DNA of 64,000 bases from Pseudomonadota bacterium (lineage in GTDB: Bacteria > Desulfobacterota > Desulfobacteria > Desulfobacterales > JBDRRP01): the NCBI GenBank assembly GCA_043825735.1, contig JBDRRP010000064.1:1-64000 (forward strand), written 5' to 3'. Numbering within the stretch: position 1 is the first letter of the stretch; each line of letters opens with the position of its first letter. The notes under the pieces were generated by a model. It made no database searches. It had not been told where the DNA came from and saw nothing but the letters and a program-made list of their open reading frames with translations. Positions 8,630 through 18,469 of the stretch are shown here, one piece after another. A program made the translations under genes and the position numbers.

Positions 8630-9925
8630 ATGAAAAACTTATTCTGGATCACGCTGTGCAGTGCCGCCATCCTGATCGGTGTCCATCAGGTGAGCAGCAT
8701 GGAAAAGAAAATGGAGAAGCCCATGGAAAACCCCATGATGAACGAATCGATGAACACCCAATCGGCGGTCTTTGCCGGCGGCTGCTTCTGGTGCACGGAA
8801 TCGGATTTCGAAAAAGTGGCCGGTGTGCTCGAAGTCATTTCAGGATACACGGGCGGCCAGTTGAAAAACCCCACCTACGAGCAGGTGTCGGCCGGCGGCA
8901 CGGGCCATATCGAGTCTATAAAAGTGGTCTACGACCCGGAAAAAATCACTTACGACGAGTTGCTCGACGTCTTCTGGCGGCATGTGGACCCCACCGACAG
9001 CGGCGGCCAGTTCGTGGACCGCGGCAGCCAGTACCGCAGCGCCATCTTCTATGCCACTGCCGAGGAAAAACACCTGGCAGAAGTGTCCCGGGACCGGCTG
9101 GCCGAAACCATGCGCTTTGGCAAACCCATCGTAACGGATATCCTGCCGCTGGGAACATTCTACCCGGCAGAGGAGTACCACCAGGATTACTACAAGAAAA
9201 GCGCTCTCCGATATAAATACTACCGCTACAATTCAGGCCGCGACCAGTTCCTGGAAAAATCGTGGACCGGCGCGCCGCCCCCTATGGCGCCCAAAGGCAA
9301 AATGGGAAAAGACGGCTCCTCGGGTATGGCACCCGCGAAGCAGACCGGTATGGCCTCCGATATGGAAATGCCCCCCATGACGGGCTGGAATGCGGCGACC
9401 ATGCACCCTGACAGTGAGAAATCAACCATGAAAGAAGACATGAGTATGAAGGAACCCACCGGCATGGCGATCGGCGGTGCGGGCGGCACCTACATGCGCC
9501 CGGACGAGGACACACTCAAGCGCACCCTGTCGCCCATGCAATATAAGGTCGCCCGGAAAAACGGCACTGAACCGCCCTTTAACAACACCTACTGGAACAA
9601 CCACGAAGCCGGCATCTACGTGGACATCGTGTCCGGCGAGCCGCTGTTCAGCTCCGCCGACAAATTCGACTCGGGAACCGGATGGCCGAGCTTCACCCGC
9701 CCCCTGGATAAGGAAAACGTCGTGGAACGCCAGGACCGCAGTTTCTTCATGGTCCGTACCGAGGTCCGCAGCAAGCACGCGGACAGCCACCTGGGCCACC
9801 TGTTCAACGACGGGCCGGCGCCCACCGGGCTGCGCTACTGCATCAATTCGGCTGCCCTGCGGTTCATTGCCGCCACCGACCTTGAAAAAGAAGGCTACGG
9901 GCAGTACCGCAACCTGTTTCAATAG
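8630..9925 (+). CDS. msrAB: Secreted bifunctional methionine sulfoxide reductase MsrA/MsrB with Met-rich segments
   Basis: Signal peptide, MsrA GCFWC and AEEYHQDY, MsrB GWPSF, HLGH and [16 protein letters not shown]. Confidence 0.95.
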   Translation: MKNLFWITLCSAAILIGVHQVSSMEKKMEKPMENPMMNESMNTQSAVFAGGCFWCTESDFEKVAGVLEVISGYTGGQLKNPTYEQVSAGGTGHIESIKVVYDPEKITYDELLDVFWRHVDPTDSGGQFVDRGSQYRSAIFYATAEEKHLAEVSRDRLAETMRFGKPIVTDILPLGTFYPAEEYHQDYYKKSALRYKYYRYNSGRDQFLEKSWTGAPPPMAPKGKMGKDGSSGMAPAKQTGMASDMEMPPMTGWNAATMHPDSEKSTMKEDMSMKEPTGMAIGGAGGTYMRPDEDTLKRTLSPMQYKVARKNGTEPPFNNTYWNNHEAGIYVDIVSGEPLFSSADKFDSGTGWPSFTRPLDKENVVERQDRSFFMVRTEVRSKHADSHLGHLFNDGPAPTGLRYCINSAALRFIAATDLEKEGYGQYRNLFQ

Positions 9926-10220
9926 GGTCAACCGGCGTACCAAGGCCGGGGCAGCCGGTCCGAGCGGGTCCATCGGATGACCGCCGTGCGGCGATAAGGC
10001 CTCGTACAGTTACCGTCCCGCAGGGCCTCTGCGCCCTACAGGCACCCGGATCTCCGTGGAAGAAGATGGCATCCGCGCTCAAAAAGGCCGGCACCTATCG
10101 CGGCACTGCCGACCGATAAAAATTGCAGATCGTGCCATGCCGTCGCTGGTCGGCGCTTTTCGTCTGGAGCCCGATGCTTCGCATCGGGTTCCCACGACAG
10201 TCCTGAGATGCCTGAAATCT

Positions 10221-10256
10221 CTGGGTTCCTGCCTTCGCCGGGGAGACAGAAATGAG
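10221..10256 (+). repeat. Degenerate copy of the 6362 REP-like repeat
   Basis: CTGGGTTCCTGCCTTCGCCGGGGAGACAGAAATGAG versus CTGGATCCCCGCCTTCGCGGGGATGACAAAAATGAG. Confidence 0.6.
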
Positions 10257-10467
10257 GAGAAGGCCCACTTTTTACAAGCTCATCGATACAGCGCCCTGAC
10301 GGTGTTGAGGTTATCCCCTATTCTGCTATGATAGTGGCTGCGTGCAGGTTGAAAGCCTGTTCACGGGGCCGCCGCACCGATGCCGCCCATTCCGGATACG
10401 GCTCTCCACCGAAAGCACTGATCGCACGCCCTTCGACCAGACCTACAAAGCAGCAAAGAGGCATCCT

Positions 10468-11592
10468 ATGAGTACACCCGACAGATCTGCAGCACCCCCA
10501 TCCCCCATGAGCCTTGCCGTTGATATTGCGGTGCGTCTATCCATCATTGCCCTCCTTGGTGCCTGGTGCTTTCAGATCCTGCGTCCCTTTGTGACACTGA
10601 TGATCTGGGGCACCATCATCGCAGTGGCCTATTTTCCGCTGTGCACCCGGCTCGCCGGCATGCTCGGCGGCCGCATGAAACTGGCGGCCGCCGTCATGAC
10701 CGCGACCACCCTGGTCGTTCTCATCCTGCCCGGCATCCCGACGGTCGACTCTCTGGTGAAGGGGGTGGCGTTTCTCAACGACAGGGTGCAAAACGGGGAA
10801 TTGAAAATACCGCCGCCGCCGGAAGGCGCCCATCGCTGGCCGATCATCGGTACCCTCATCACGGATCAATGGGCTGAGGCCTCGCTCAATGCAAAAGCGA
10901 CACTGAGCCGGTATGCGCCGCAGATCAAGGCGCTGAGCCTGAAACTGCTGGATGCGGCGGTGAGTGTGACAATCGGAGTAATCCAGTTTGCCGCCGCGAT
11001 CCTCATCGCAGGCATCCTCATGGCCCATGCGAAACAAGGCGGTGAGATGGTAGAGGGCATGATCGAGCGGCTGGCCGGGGCCCGCGGCCCCGAACTGGTG
11101 CGCATGATCACCGTGACGATTCGCAATGTGGTCAAAGGCATTCTCGGAGTCGCCGTTATCCAGGGCCTGGCGGCCGGCATCGGATTCATGGCCGCCGGGG
11201 TCCCTGGTGCAGGCGTTTGGGCCTTTATTTCTTTGATGCTGGCCATCATTCAAATCGGCATCGGCCCGGTGGCCATCCCCGTGATCATCTACATGTTCTC
11301 CCACGCCAGCGCCCTGACGGCCGGACTGCTCACGGCCTGGCTTATTGTGGTCATGCTCTCGGACAATGTACTCAAACCGATTCTACTGGGCCGCGGCGCG
11401 CCCGTGCCCATGCTGGTCATCTTCCTGGGCGCCATCGGCGGATTCATGGCCATGGGGTTTGTCGGTCTCTTTGTCGGGGCGGTCGTCCTGTCACTGGGAT
11501 TCACACTGCTTTTGGCGTGGCGCGACGCTGCCTCGGGCGGAAAGAATACGCAAGGGGCTTGTGTTTCTTCAGAAAAAATCGCCGCAGACTAG
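10468..11592 (+). CDS. AI-2E family (YdiK/PerM-like) transporter
   Basis: Multi-TM protein with DNVLKPILLGRG..PM.VIFLG.IGG...GFVGLFVG. Start ATG 10468 with AAAGAGG RBS. Confidence 0.9.
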   Translation: MSTPDRSAAPPSPMSLAVDIAVRLSIIALLGAWCFQILRPFVTLMIWGTIIAVAYFPLCTRLAGMLGGRMKLAAAVMTATTLVVLILPGIPTVDSLVKGVAFLNDRVQNGELKIPPPPEGAHRWPIIGTLITDQWAEASLNAKATLSRYAPQIKALSLKLLDAAVSVTIGVIQFAAAILIAGILMAHAKQGGEMVEGMIERLAGARGPELVRMITVTIRNVVKGILGVAVIQGLAAGIGFMAAGVPGAGVWAFISLMLAIIQIGIGPVAIPVIIYMFSHASALTAGLLTAWLIVVMLSDNVLKPILLGRGAPVPMLVIFLGAIGGFMAMGFVGLFVGAVVLSLGFTLLLAWRDAASGGKNTQGACVSSEKIAAD

Positions 11593-11617
11593 TGGAAGAA
11601 GAAAGGACTCAGAAAAG

Positions 11618-13321
11618 ATGCCCCGCCTGACGCATCGCTGTTGTCACCATGCCCGCAGCGGCGCCCTGATCGCAGCCCTTCTGATAACTGTCATGGCCAC
11701 GGCCCCGGCGATCGCCTCACCGACGGCCAAAAACGTCATCATGATGATCCCCGACGGGTGCAGCTTCGAGCAATACACTCTCGCCCGGTGGGTCAAAGGG
11801 GCGCCGCTGGCACTGGATGGGATCCTCACCGGCGCTGTAAGAACCTACATCGCCGATTCGGTGGTGGCCGACTCGGCTCCAGCGGCCTCGGCCTACGCCA
11901 CCGGCCGGCGGACCAGCGACAAACTCATCAGTGTCGCCCCGAAAACAGAAGGGTTGCTTCCGGGCGTACTCGCCCCCCCGGGCGAGGCCGCCTACCGCCC
12001 CCTGGCCACCGTTCTGGAAGCAGCAAGGCTCGCCGGCAAGGCGGTGGGCATCGTCGCCACCTCCCGAGTCTCCCACGCCACACCGGCGGCCTTTGTCTCT
12101 CATGTTTCCCGCCGGGACCTGGAGTTCGACATCATGGAGCAGGCCGTCTATCAGGGCGTTGACGTGGTGCTGGGCGGCGGCGGGAGCTATCTGCTGGGCG
12201 CGGGGCAACACTTGCCGGGCAGCGGCTGGGCCTGGCAGGGGCGGCGGCCGGACGGCGAAAACCTCACCGACGTATTGCACGCTCGCGGCTATGGCATCAT
12301 CACCACCCGCAAAGAGCTCCTAAACGTCCGGAACCGGCGGGTATTCGGACTGTTCGCATCCGGACACATGGCCCCCGACATCGACCGGCACCGGACGGCG
12401 CCCGAAGAACCGAGCCTGGCGGAAATGACGGCCGCCGCCATCGGCATCCTCTCGGCCGATCCCGACGGGTTTTTCCTCATGGTGGAAGGCAGTCAGGTCG
12501 ACTGGGCCGATCATGCCAACGACCCGGCCCACCTGGTGAGCGATCTGCTCATGTTCGATGCCGCCGTAAAAACCGCCATGGACTTTGCCCACACCGATGG
12601 ACGCACCCTGGTGCTGGCCATGCCAGATCACAACACCGGCGGCATGACCATCGGCAACAGCGCCACCAACGGCCGTTACTCACAGATGCCCGTTGCCGAT
12701 GTGGTGGCGCCCCTGAAGCGAATGACGGCCTCCTCGGGCGCCATCGTTCAGCAACTGGGCAAAGACCGGCGACCGGCGTCTCTCATAACGGCTATCGCGC
12801 GCGACTGGGGAATCCGCATCACTGTTGACGACGCCACCGATGTGCTTGAAAAAATGGCCGCCTATTCAGACACACCGCATTACGCCATCGGAGAAGTGCT
12901 ATCTCCCCGCTACCTGGTCCTGGGGTGGACCACCCACGGCCATTGCGGTGGAGACGTCCCGCTCGGCGCCTTTGGACCCGGCCGCCCCGCCGGACTCCTC
13001 GATGCGCCCGATATCGGCAGGACCGCGGCCGCGGCGCTGGGCCTTGATCTGGAAAATACGACGCTACGGTTGTTTGTGGATGCAGCCCGTGTTTTCGGGG
13101 CAGATAGCGTTTCCGTGGCCACCGACAGCCCGGAAAACCGCCTTGCCCGGATCGACTACAAAGGGAAAACGGCGATGCTCGCCGTCAACAAGAATCTTCT
13201 CCAAATGGATGGCCGGACCCATGAGTTGGAGGGGGTAGTGGTGTTCATCCCGGAAACGGGAAAACTCTACCTGCCTCAAGACGCTGTCGCATCTTTGAAA
13301 ACGACTCGGTTTCTGCCCTGA
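11618..13321 (+). CDS. phoA: Alkaline phosphatase (PhoA family)
   Basis: KNVIMMIPDG, DSAPAASA (catalytic Ser), HATPA, VEGSQVDWADH, DHNTGG and THGHCGGDV, with a signal-like N-terminus. Start is 11618. Confidence 0.9.
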   Translation: MPRLTHRCCHHARSGALIAALLITVMATAPAIASPTAKNVIMMIPDGCSFEQYTLARWVKGAPLALDGILTGAVRTYIADSVVADSAPAASAYATGRRTSDKLISVAPKTEGLLPGVLAPPGEAAYRPLATVLEAARLAGKAVGIVATSRVSHATPAAFVSHVSRRDLEFDIMEQAVYQGVDVVLGGGGSYLLGAGQHLPGSGWAWQGRRPDGENLTDVLHARGYGIITTRKELLNVRNRRVFGLFASGHMAPDIDRHRTAPEEPSLAEMTAAAIGILSADPDGFFLMVEGSQVDWADHANDPAHLVSDLLMFDAAVKTAMDFAHTDGRTLVLAMPDHNTGGMTIGNSATNGRYSQMPVADVVAPLKRMTASSGAIVQQLGKDRRPASLITAIARDWGIRITVDDATDVLEKMAAYSDTPHYAIGEVLSPRYLVLGWTTHGHCGGDVPLGAFGPGRPAGLLDAPDIGRTAAAALGLDLENTTLRLFVDAARVFGADSVSVATDSPENRLARIDYKGKTAMLAVNKNLLQMDGRTHELEGVVVFIPETGKLYLPQDAVASLKTTRFLP

Positions 13322-14430
13322 TCCTTGGCATCGTAAAGGGCGCTGTCGGCAATGGCGATAAGATGCACCGGAGCCACGCCGCCGGAGGGCACCCGTGTGG
13401 CGACGCCCAGGCTCACCGTGACACGGGGCGCCACAGCAGAAGCCGCGTGGGCGATATTCAGCCCGCTGATCGCCTGCTGAATGCTTTCGGCCAGGTGCAT
13501 CGCGCCTTCCACCGGCGTGTTGGGCAAAAGGACGACAAACTCCTCACCGCCATAGCGCGCCACCAGGTCGCCGGGACGGTGGAGCGCACTGCGGATGGCG
13601 GTGGCGACCTGCTTCAGGCAGGCATCGCCCGTGAGGTGGCCATAGGTGTCGTTGTAGGCCTTGAAATGGTCGATATCGCACATGATCAGTGACAGCGGGT
13701 TTTCTTCCCGCATCATTCGCCGCCACTCCAGATCGAGCAGTTCATCGAAGCGCCTGCGGTTGGCAACGCCGGTAAGCCCGTCGATGGCGGCTTGGCGGGC
13801 CAATATTTCGTTGGCCTCGGAAAGCGCACGCTCGACCGCTTTCCGAGGGGTAATGTCCTTGACCGATTCGACGATACCGATCATTTTCCCGTCAAGTCCC
13901 AGAAAGGGTGTGGCGGTGAGGATGTAGGAGAAGATCGCGCCGCCGTCATGGCCGGGTTTCTCCATGTCACACTCGCAGCGCGCCTGCCCGCGTTTCACCG
14001 AAACCATGGGGCAGGCCGCGCCATTGCAGACACTGCCGGACATCAACTCGTGACATTTCCTCCCGATGACATCCTTTTTGGCCATTCCCAGCAGACCCAG
14101 GAGCGTATCGTTGACCCGTTGCACGGTATAGCTCTCATCAATCACCCACATGCCGTCAGCGGAGGAATTGAATGTCTGCATGAGCTCGATTTCCACGAGC
14201 TCTCCGTCAACCACCAGCTGGTTGAGCCGCAGCATCTGGCCTTCGTATTCGCGGTGGGTATCTTCGAGTTCCCGGCGAAGTCCGGCCTCGGCGGCTTGGC
14301 TCTCTGCCAGGCGCTGTTCGAGCGTCGCGATGCGCGCTTCAAGCCGCGTGATGTTCGGATGTGGCGTCATATCGGCCGGTGACTTTTGGAAATGGTGGTC
14401 GTTCGCGAACCTGTGCGCCCGCGCCCTCAC
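13276..14430 (-). CDS. PAS-domain diguanylate cyclase
   Basis: Coiled coil, PAS, DGLTG.ANRR, RPGD I-site and ARYGGEEF. The 3' end overlaps phoA by 46 bp; the start is uncertain (14430 or 14370). Confidence 0.9.
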   Translation of the reverse strand: MRARAHRFANDHHFQKSPADMTPHPNITRLEARIATLEQRLAESQAAEAGLRRELEDTHREYEGQMLRLNQLVVDGELVEIELMQTFNSSADGMWVIDESYTVQRVNDTLLGLLGMAKKDVIGRKCHELMSGSVCNGAACPMVSVKRGQARCECDMEKPGHDGGAIFSYILTATPFLGLDGKMIGIVESVKDITPRKAVERALSEANEILARQAAIDGLTGVANRRRFDELLDLEWRRMMREENPLSLIMCDIDHFKAYNDTYGHLTGDACLKQVATAIRSALHRPGDLVARYGGEEFVVLLPNTPVEGAMHLAESIQQAISGLNIAHAASAVAPRVTVSLGVATRVPSGGVAPVHLIAIADSALYDAKDQGRNRVVFKDATAS

Positions 14431-14529
14431 GCAGAGGCCCCCCCTGTCCCTGAAACCATCATCGGCCGTTTCTCTCAGGACTTGAGGGTGTGGTGCGTGT
14501 CAAGACGTCGACGATGGGACACGCGGGGC

Positions 14530-15318
14530 TCAGGCATCCATGCCGGGCGGCAGGTCGCTGCCGGGAATCTTGGCGCGCACGGCAACCATGCGGTCTGAAA
14601 AGAGCTTGGCACATGTGGGGCAATAGCGGTGGTGGGTTTTTACATCGGGGTGATGGGACAGGGTCCGCTGCTGGACATGTTCGATAAACCGGGGCGTGGC
14701 AAACAGCTTACCGCACCCTTCGCAGCGTGCCAGCGGATGACGACCGATGACCTCGTCGCGAATGGCGATGGTGCGCACCCCATCGGAGTCGGCGACACGG
14801 ATGGCCCCGGTGGGACAAAGATTGGCGCAGGTACCGCAACCGATGCAGCGGCCCTCCACGGGCACCACATATTGGCCTTCGATGCGCTTTTCCATCTTGA
14901 GCGCGGCAGGCCCCACGATCTCCTTGCACACCCGGATACAGAGCCGGCATCGAATACACCCGTCAGGCCTCGGGCCGATGGGCACACCGTGGTCCTCGGC
15001 CAGTTGGCGGATGCCGTCGGCGGCCGGGGCCAGCCGAATCAGTCGCTCGAATGCCAGGATGCGTGCCTTGGCCACCGCCTCGCTGCGGGTTGTCACCGTC
15101 ATGGCAGGCTTGGCCTTGAGGATGCAAGACAGCATGATGGTCGTTTTGCTGCTGGTGGAAGTCACCTCGACAGCGCACAATTTGCAGGTGCCAGAAGGCT
15201 TGAGCGCCGGATGGTAACAGAGAGTGGGAATATTGATGCCATAGGCTCTGGCCACATCCAGAACGCTCTGACCGTCTTCAGCCATCAATGCCCTGCCGTC
15301 GATAAATATTTCAAACAC
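14530..15318 (-). CDS. 2Fe-2S/4Fe-4S protein (NuoG/HydA N-terminal-like)
   Basis: IPTLC..GTCKLC..SC (2Fe-2S), CIRCRLCIRVC and CIGCGTCANLCP (4Fe-4S), and C-terminal CEGC...CPTC. GTG start with GGAGA RBS. Confidence 0.85.
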   Translation of the reverse strand: MFEIFIDGRALMAEDGQSVLDVARAYGINIPTLCYHPALKPSGTCKLCAVEVTSTSSKTTIMLSCILKAKPAMTVTTRSEAVAKARILAFERLIRLAPAADGIRQLAEDHGVPIGPRPDGCIRCRLCIRVCKEIVGPAALKMEKRIEGQYVVPVEGRCIGCGTCANLCPTGAIRVADSDGVRTIAIRDEVIGRHPLARCEGCGKLFATPRFIEHVQQRTLSHHPDVKTHHRYCPTCAKLFSDRMVAVRAKIPGSDLPPGMDA

Positions 15319-15328
15319 GTCTATCTCC

Positions 15329-15772
15329 TTAATCGTCTCTCGCCGCGTGCATATCAGCGATATATCCTTCGAGCGTCTTCATTTCGCCCTGCAGGGCGTC
15401 GATGACCGCAGCGGCGATATCCGCCAATCGCAACACACCAACCACCACACCCCCGTCCATGACCGGCAGGTGGTGAATCCCCCGGCGCATCATGTCGTCG
15501 GCGGCCACCATTGCCGGCTTGTCCACCCCCGCTACCAGGGGATTTTCACTCATGACGCTGCGCACCGGGATGCCCCCGAGAGATCCGCCCTTCGGCAGAC
15601 ACCGTATCAGGTCGCCGGCGGTGAATATACCGACAGGGCTGCCATTGTCTATCACCACACAGGCGGATCGACCGCCGGTGGTCATGGACAACACCGCTGC
15701 GGCGACGGTACCGTCGGCAGCGGCGGTGCAGGCGGCATGCCGCTGCGGGTCCAGTACGTCCCTCAAGCGCAT
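15329..15772 (-). CDS. CBS-domain protein
   Basis: VGIFT.GDL, VRSVM and IHHLPV...VVGV. Confidence 0.85.
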   Translation of the reverse strand: MRLRDVLDPQRHAACTAAADGTVAAAVLSMTTGGRSACVVIDNGSPVGIFTAGDLIRCLPKGGSLGGIPVRSVMSENPLVAGVDKPAMVAADDMMRRGIHHLPVMDGGVVVGVLRLADIAAAVIDALQGEMKTLEGYIADMHAARDD

Positions 15773-15814
15773 TCCCCCTCCCATTGAGCGGTGCCGGAGC
15801 GATGGCTGCAGGCT

Positions 15815-16024
15815 TCAATCCAGCAGGCGCAGACAATCCTGTGGCAGGCGATGGGTCCCTTTGTCCTGAAGGCTCACCTCCACCAGGGCATCCGGGTCAT
15901 TGATAGCGGTATCCGGGTCTGTGATAATGCCGTGAAGCCCTACAAAAGCGTCCATGTAAGGCTCCCAACTATCGTCGGCCGACAACCGGAAAACCTCGAC
16001 TTTCTGGCCCCTGCGAAAGGACAT
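15815..16024 (-). CDS. Small hypothetical protein (69 aa), possible SH3/KOW-like beta-barrel
   Basis: AGGAGG RBS, in operon order, with the pattern MSFRRGQKVEV...VGLHGII...VEV...HRLPQDCL. Confidence 0.65.
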   Translation of the reverse strand: MSFRRGQKVEVFRLSADDSWEPYMDAFVGLHGIITDPDTAINDPDALVEVSLQDKGTHRLPQDCLRLLD

Positions 16025-16089
16025 TGTCGTCCTCCTGTTCTGCAAACGGGTTTCTTAAATTTGTGTTTCTAAGGCGGCACTGGATGTAT

Positions 16090-16146
16090 ACCACGAAGAA
16101 AAGCTAAAAACAGTTGGCTTAAAAAAATCTTCGTGCACTTCGTGGT
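16090..16146. repeat. Short inverted repeat ACCACGAAG...CTTCGTGGT (related intergenic repeat family)
   Basis: Arms at 16090-16098 and 16138-16146. Confidence 0.5.
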
Positions 16147-16181
16147 TATTCGCCTTCCGCGGTGTCCAGTTTCCCGCAAAC

Positions 16182-18365
16182 TCAGGGTTTGACGCCCGGC
16201 ACTGACGGCACCCGGGTTGGTGTGTTGTCGGCATGGCTGGCGGCCGAAGATGCGCGGGCGCAGGCTTCGCAGAGGTTCCGATCCGCCTGCACGGGACTCA
16301 CCGCCGCGGTCCGCTTCCTGACAAAATCAAGATACCGGGCCGGGCCGAGGGTCTTGCCGCAATCCCGGCAGATCACCAGCGGCTGCCGGTTCAAAATTGT
16401 GCCGCACAAAGACAGGATCCGCTCTCCGTCGCGGTCTTCGATGCGAATGGCATCGTTGGGACAGTTGGCAGCACAGGCCCCGCACAAAATGCAGCGCTCC
16501 TCGGTGATGCGAAAATCCGTCGAACCGGGATGATCGAAATCAAGATAACCCATCCGGAGGGCATCGATGCCCATTTTATCACGGCAGATCCGCACGCAGG
16601 TGCCGCACCGCAGACACACATCGCAGCGCAGGCAGCGCCGGGCCTCTTCCCGGACCATATTTTCCGTATAACCCAGTTCCACCTGCTGGAACGTGGTGCG
16701 CCGGCGTTCGATGTTGAGCAGCGGCATTTCGGGCCGCTTGATCACCATTTTGGTGGTGGCGGGCACTTCCAGCCACCGCGTCCGGCGGCGGCGCACCGGC
16801 ACCGGGGGCATTTGAGGCTGCGGGATGCCGGCAAAGTATCGATCGATGGCTTCCGCCGCCCGCTTGCCGCCGCCGATGGCCTCCACCACCGTGGCCGGTC
16901 CGGTGACCGCGTCGCCGGCGGCAAACACCCCCGGAATCGTGGTTTCCATGCTCACCGAATTGGTCTGGATGGTTCGCCGCCGGGTCCAGGCCATGTCACA
17001 GACGCCGCCCACGCATTCCATATCCACCTGCTGGCCGATAGCGCAGATCACGGCATCGGCCGGCAGGGTGAAATCGCTGCCGTCCACCGGCACCGGAGCC
17101 ATGCGGTCACTGCCTTCCTTTTTCACCAGTTCGGCCCTCAGGCAGCGCAGCCCCTCTACGTGTCCATTGCCAGTCACGGCGATGGGCACCGTAAGAAAGG
17201 CCATGTGGATGCCTTCCTCCTCGGCCTGCTCCACTTCCTCGGCGTCGGCTGGCATTTCGTTGCGGGTGCGTCGATAGGCGATGGTGACCGATTCGCTGCC
17301 CAACCTCAGACAGGTGCGGGCCGCGTCAATAGCCACGTTGCCGCCGCCGATCACTACCACGTGGCCTCCCGGGTGTTTGCGGTCACCGAGGGCGACGCGG
17401 CGCAATAAATCGATGGCATCCAGCACCTGGGGGTAGTCTTCCTCACCGGGGATTCCCAGCTTGAATGCCTTGTGGGCCCCGATGGTGAAGAGAAAGGCCT
17501 CGAAGCCCTCCTCGCGGAGCCGGTCCATATCCACATCCACGCCGTAGCGGGAGTTGAAACAAAATTCCACGCCCAGTGACGCGATCATCGCGACTTCTCG
17601 ATCGATGACTTCCCGTGGTAGCCGGTAGCGGGGGATTCCCACCATCATCATGCCGCCGGCCACAGGCTGGGCCTCGATCACCCGCACGCCGTAGCCCTTC
17701 AGCGCAAGATAATAGGCCGCACTCATGCCCGCCGGGCCTGCGCCGATCACCGCCACGGATTTCCCCTTGTCCGGCGCCTTGGGCGGATTGATATAGCGCC
17801 GGTCGGAAAGGGCCTTCTCCGCGGCGTAGCCTTTGAGAAACTTGATGGAGATCGGGGTGTCGATGCGGCCGCGCACGCACATGAACTCGCAGGGCCGCGT
17901 GCAAATCAGGCCGCAAACCCAGGGAAAGGGGTTGTCCTGCCGGATCACCGCGATGGCCTCGTCGTCGCGGCCCATGGCAATCAGGTTGACGTAGCTGGGA
18001 ACGTCGATGCCGGCCGGACAGGTCATCTGGCAGGGTGCCGGCACCAGGCGGACGCAATCACCGGTGGCGCAGTTGTGGGTGGCCACGTGGCTGACAAACG
18101 TTTCCCGGTGGGTGTCGATGCGTCCGGCCACGTCATCGGCGAGCATCCGGGACGGCGCGTCGGTGGGCTCGATGCGAAGATCGGCCACCAGATGGGTGAT
18201 GGCCGGCAGGTGATCATCACCGCCGCGGCCCCAGGCAATGTCACGCAGCAGATCGCGCACTTCCTCCGCCAGCCGCCGGCAGCGAGGGACCGCCAGGCGC
18301 CCGCTTTCCACCGTCTGGGCCACATCGTTGTACAGATCGTTCACCGGGCAGGTGTTTTTCTTCAT
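16182..18365 (-). CDS. FAD/NAD(P)H-dependent Fe-S oxidoreductase (GltD/SudA/NfnB-like) with C-terminal ferredoxin domain
   Basis: APCQMTCP, CGLICTRPCE..C, GAGPAG, GIPRYRL, GGGNVAIDAAR..YRR, GDAVTGP, EARRCLRCDVCLRCGTC and CILCGACAANCP. Confidence 0.9.
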   Translation of the reverse strand: MKKNTCPVNDLYNDVAQTVESGRLAVPRCRRLAEEVRDLLRDIAWGRGGDDHLPAITHLVADLRIEPTDAPSRMLADDVAGRIDTHRETFVSHVATHNCATGDCVRLVPAPCQMTCPAGIDVPSYVNLIAMGRDDEAIAVIRQDNPFPWVCGLICTRPCEFMCVRGRIDTPISIKFLKGYAAEKALSDRRYINPPKAPDKGKSVAVIGAGPAGMSAAYYLALKGYGVRVIEAQPVAGGMMMVGIPRYRLPREVIDREVAMIASLGVEFCFNSRYGVDVDMDRLREEGFEAFLFTIGAHKAFKLGIPGEEDYPQVLDAIDLLRRVALGDRKHPGGHVVVIGGGNVAIDAARTCLRLGSESVTIAYRRTRNEMPADAEEVEQAEEEGIHMAFLTVPIAVTGNGHVEGLRCLRAELVKKEGSDRMAPVPVDGSDFTLPADAVICAIGQQVDMECVGGVCDMAWTRRRTIQTNSVSMETTIPGVFAAGDAVTGPATVVEAIGGGKRAAEAIDRYFAGIPQPQMPPVPVRRRRTRWLEVPATTKMVIKRPEMPLLNIERRRTTFQQVELGYTENMVREEARRCLRCDVCLRCGTCVRICRDKMGIDALRMGYLDFDHPGSTDFRITEERCILCGACAANCPNDAIRIEDRDGERILSLCGTILNRQPLVICRDCGKTLGPARYLDFVRKRTAAVSPVQADRNLCEACARASSAASHADNTPTRVPSVPGVKP

Positions 18366-18469
18366 AGCTGTGTCCTAACCGAAAAAGAAAGCGGCGCCAA
18401 CGGCACCGGCGCGGTGCCGGATAGGGGCTCGGCGCCGATGCACAGGAGAGGATTGTCATCCGGTATCGC

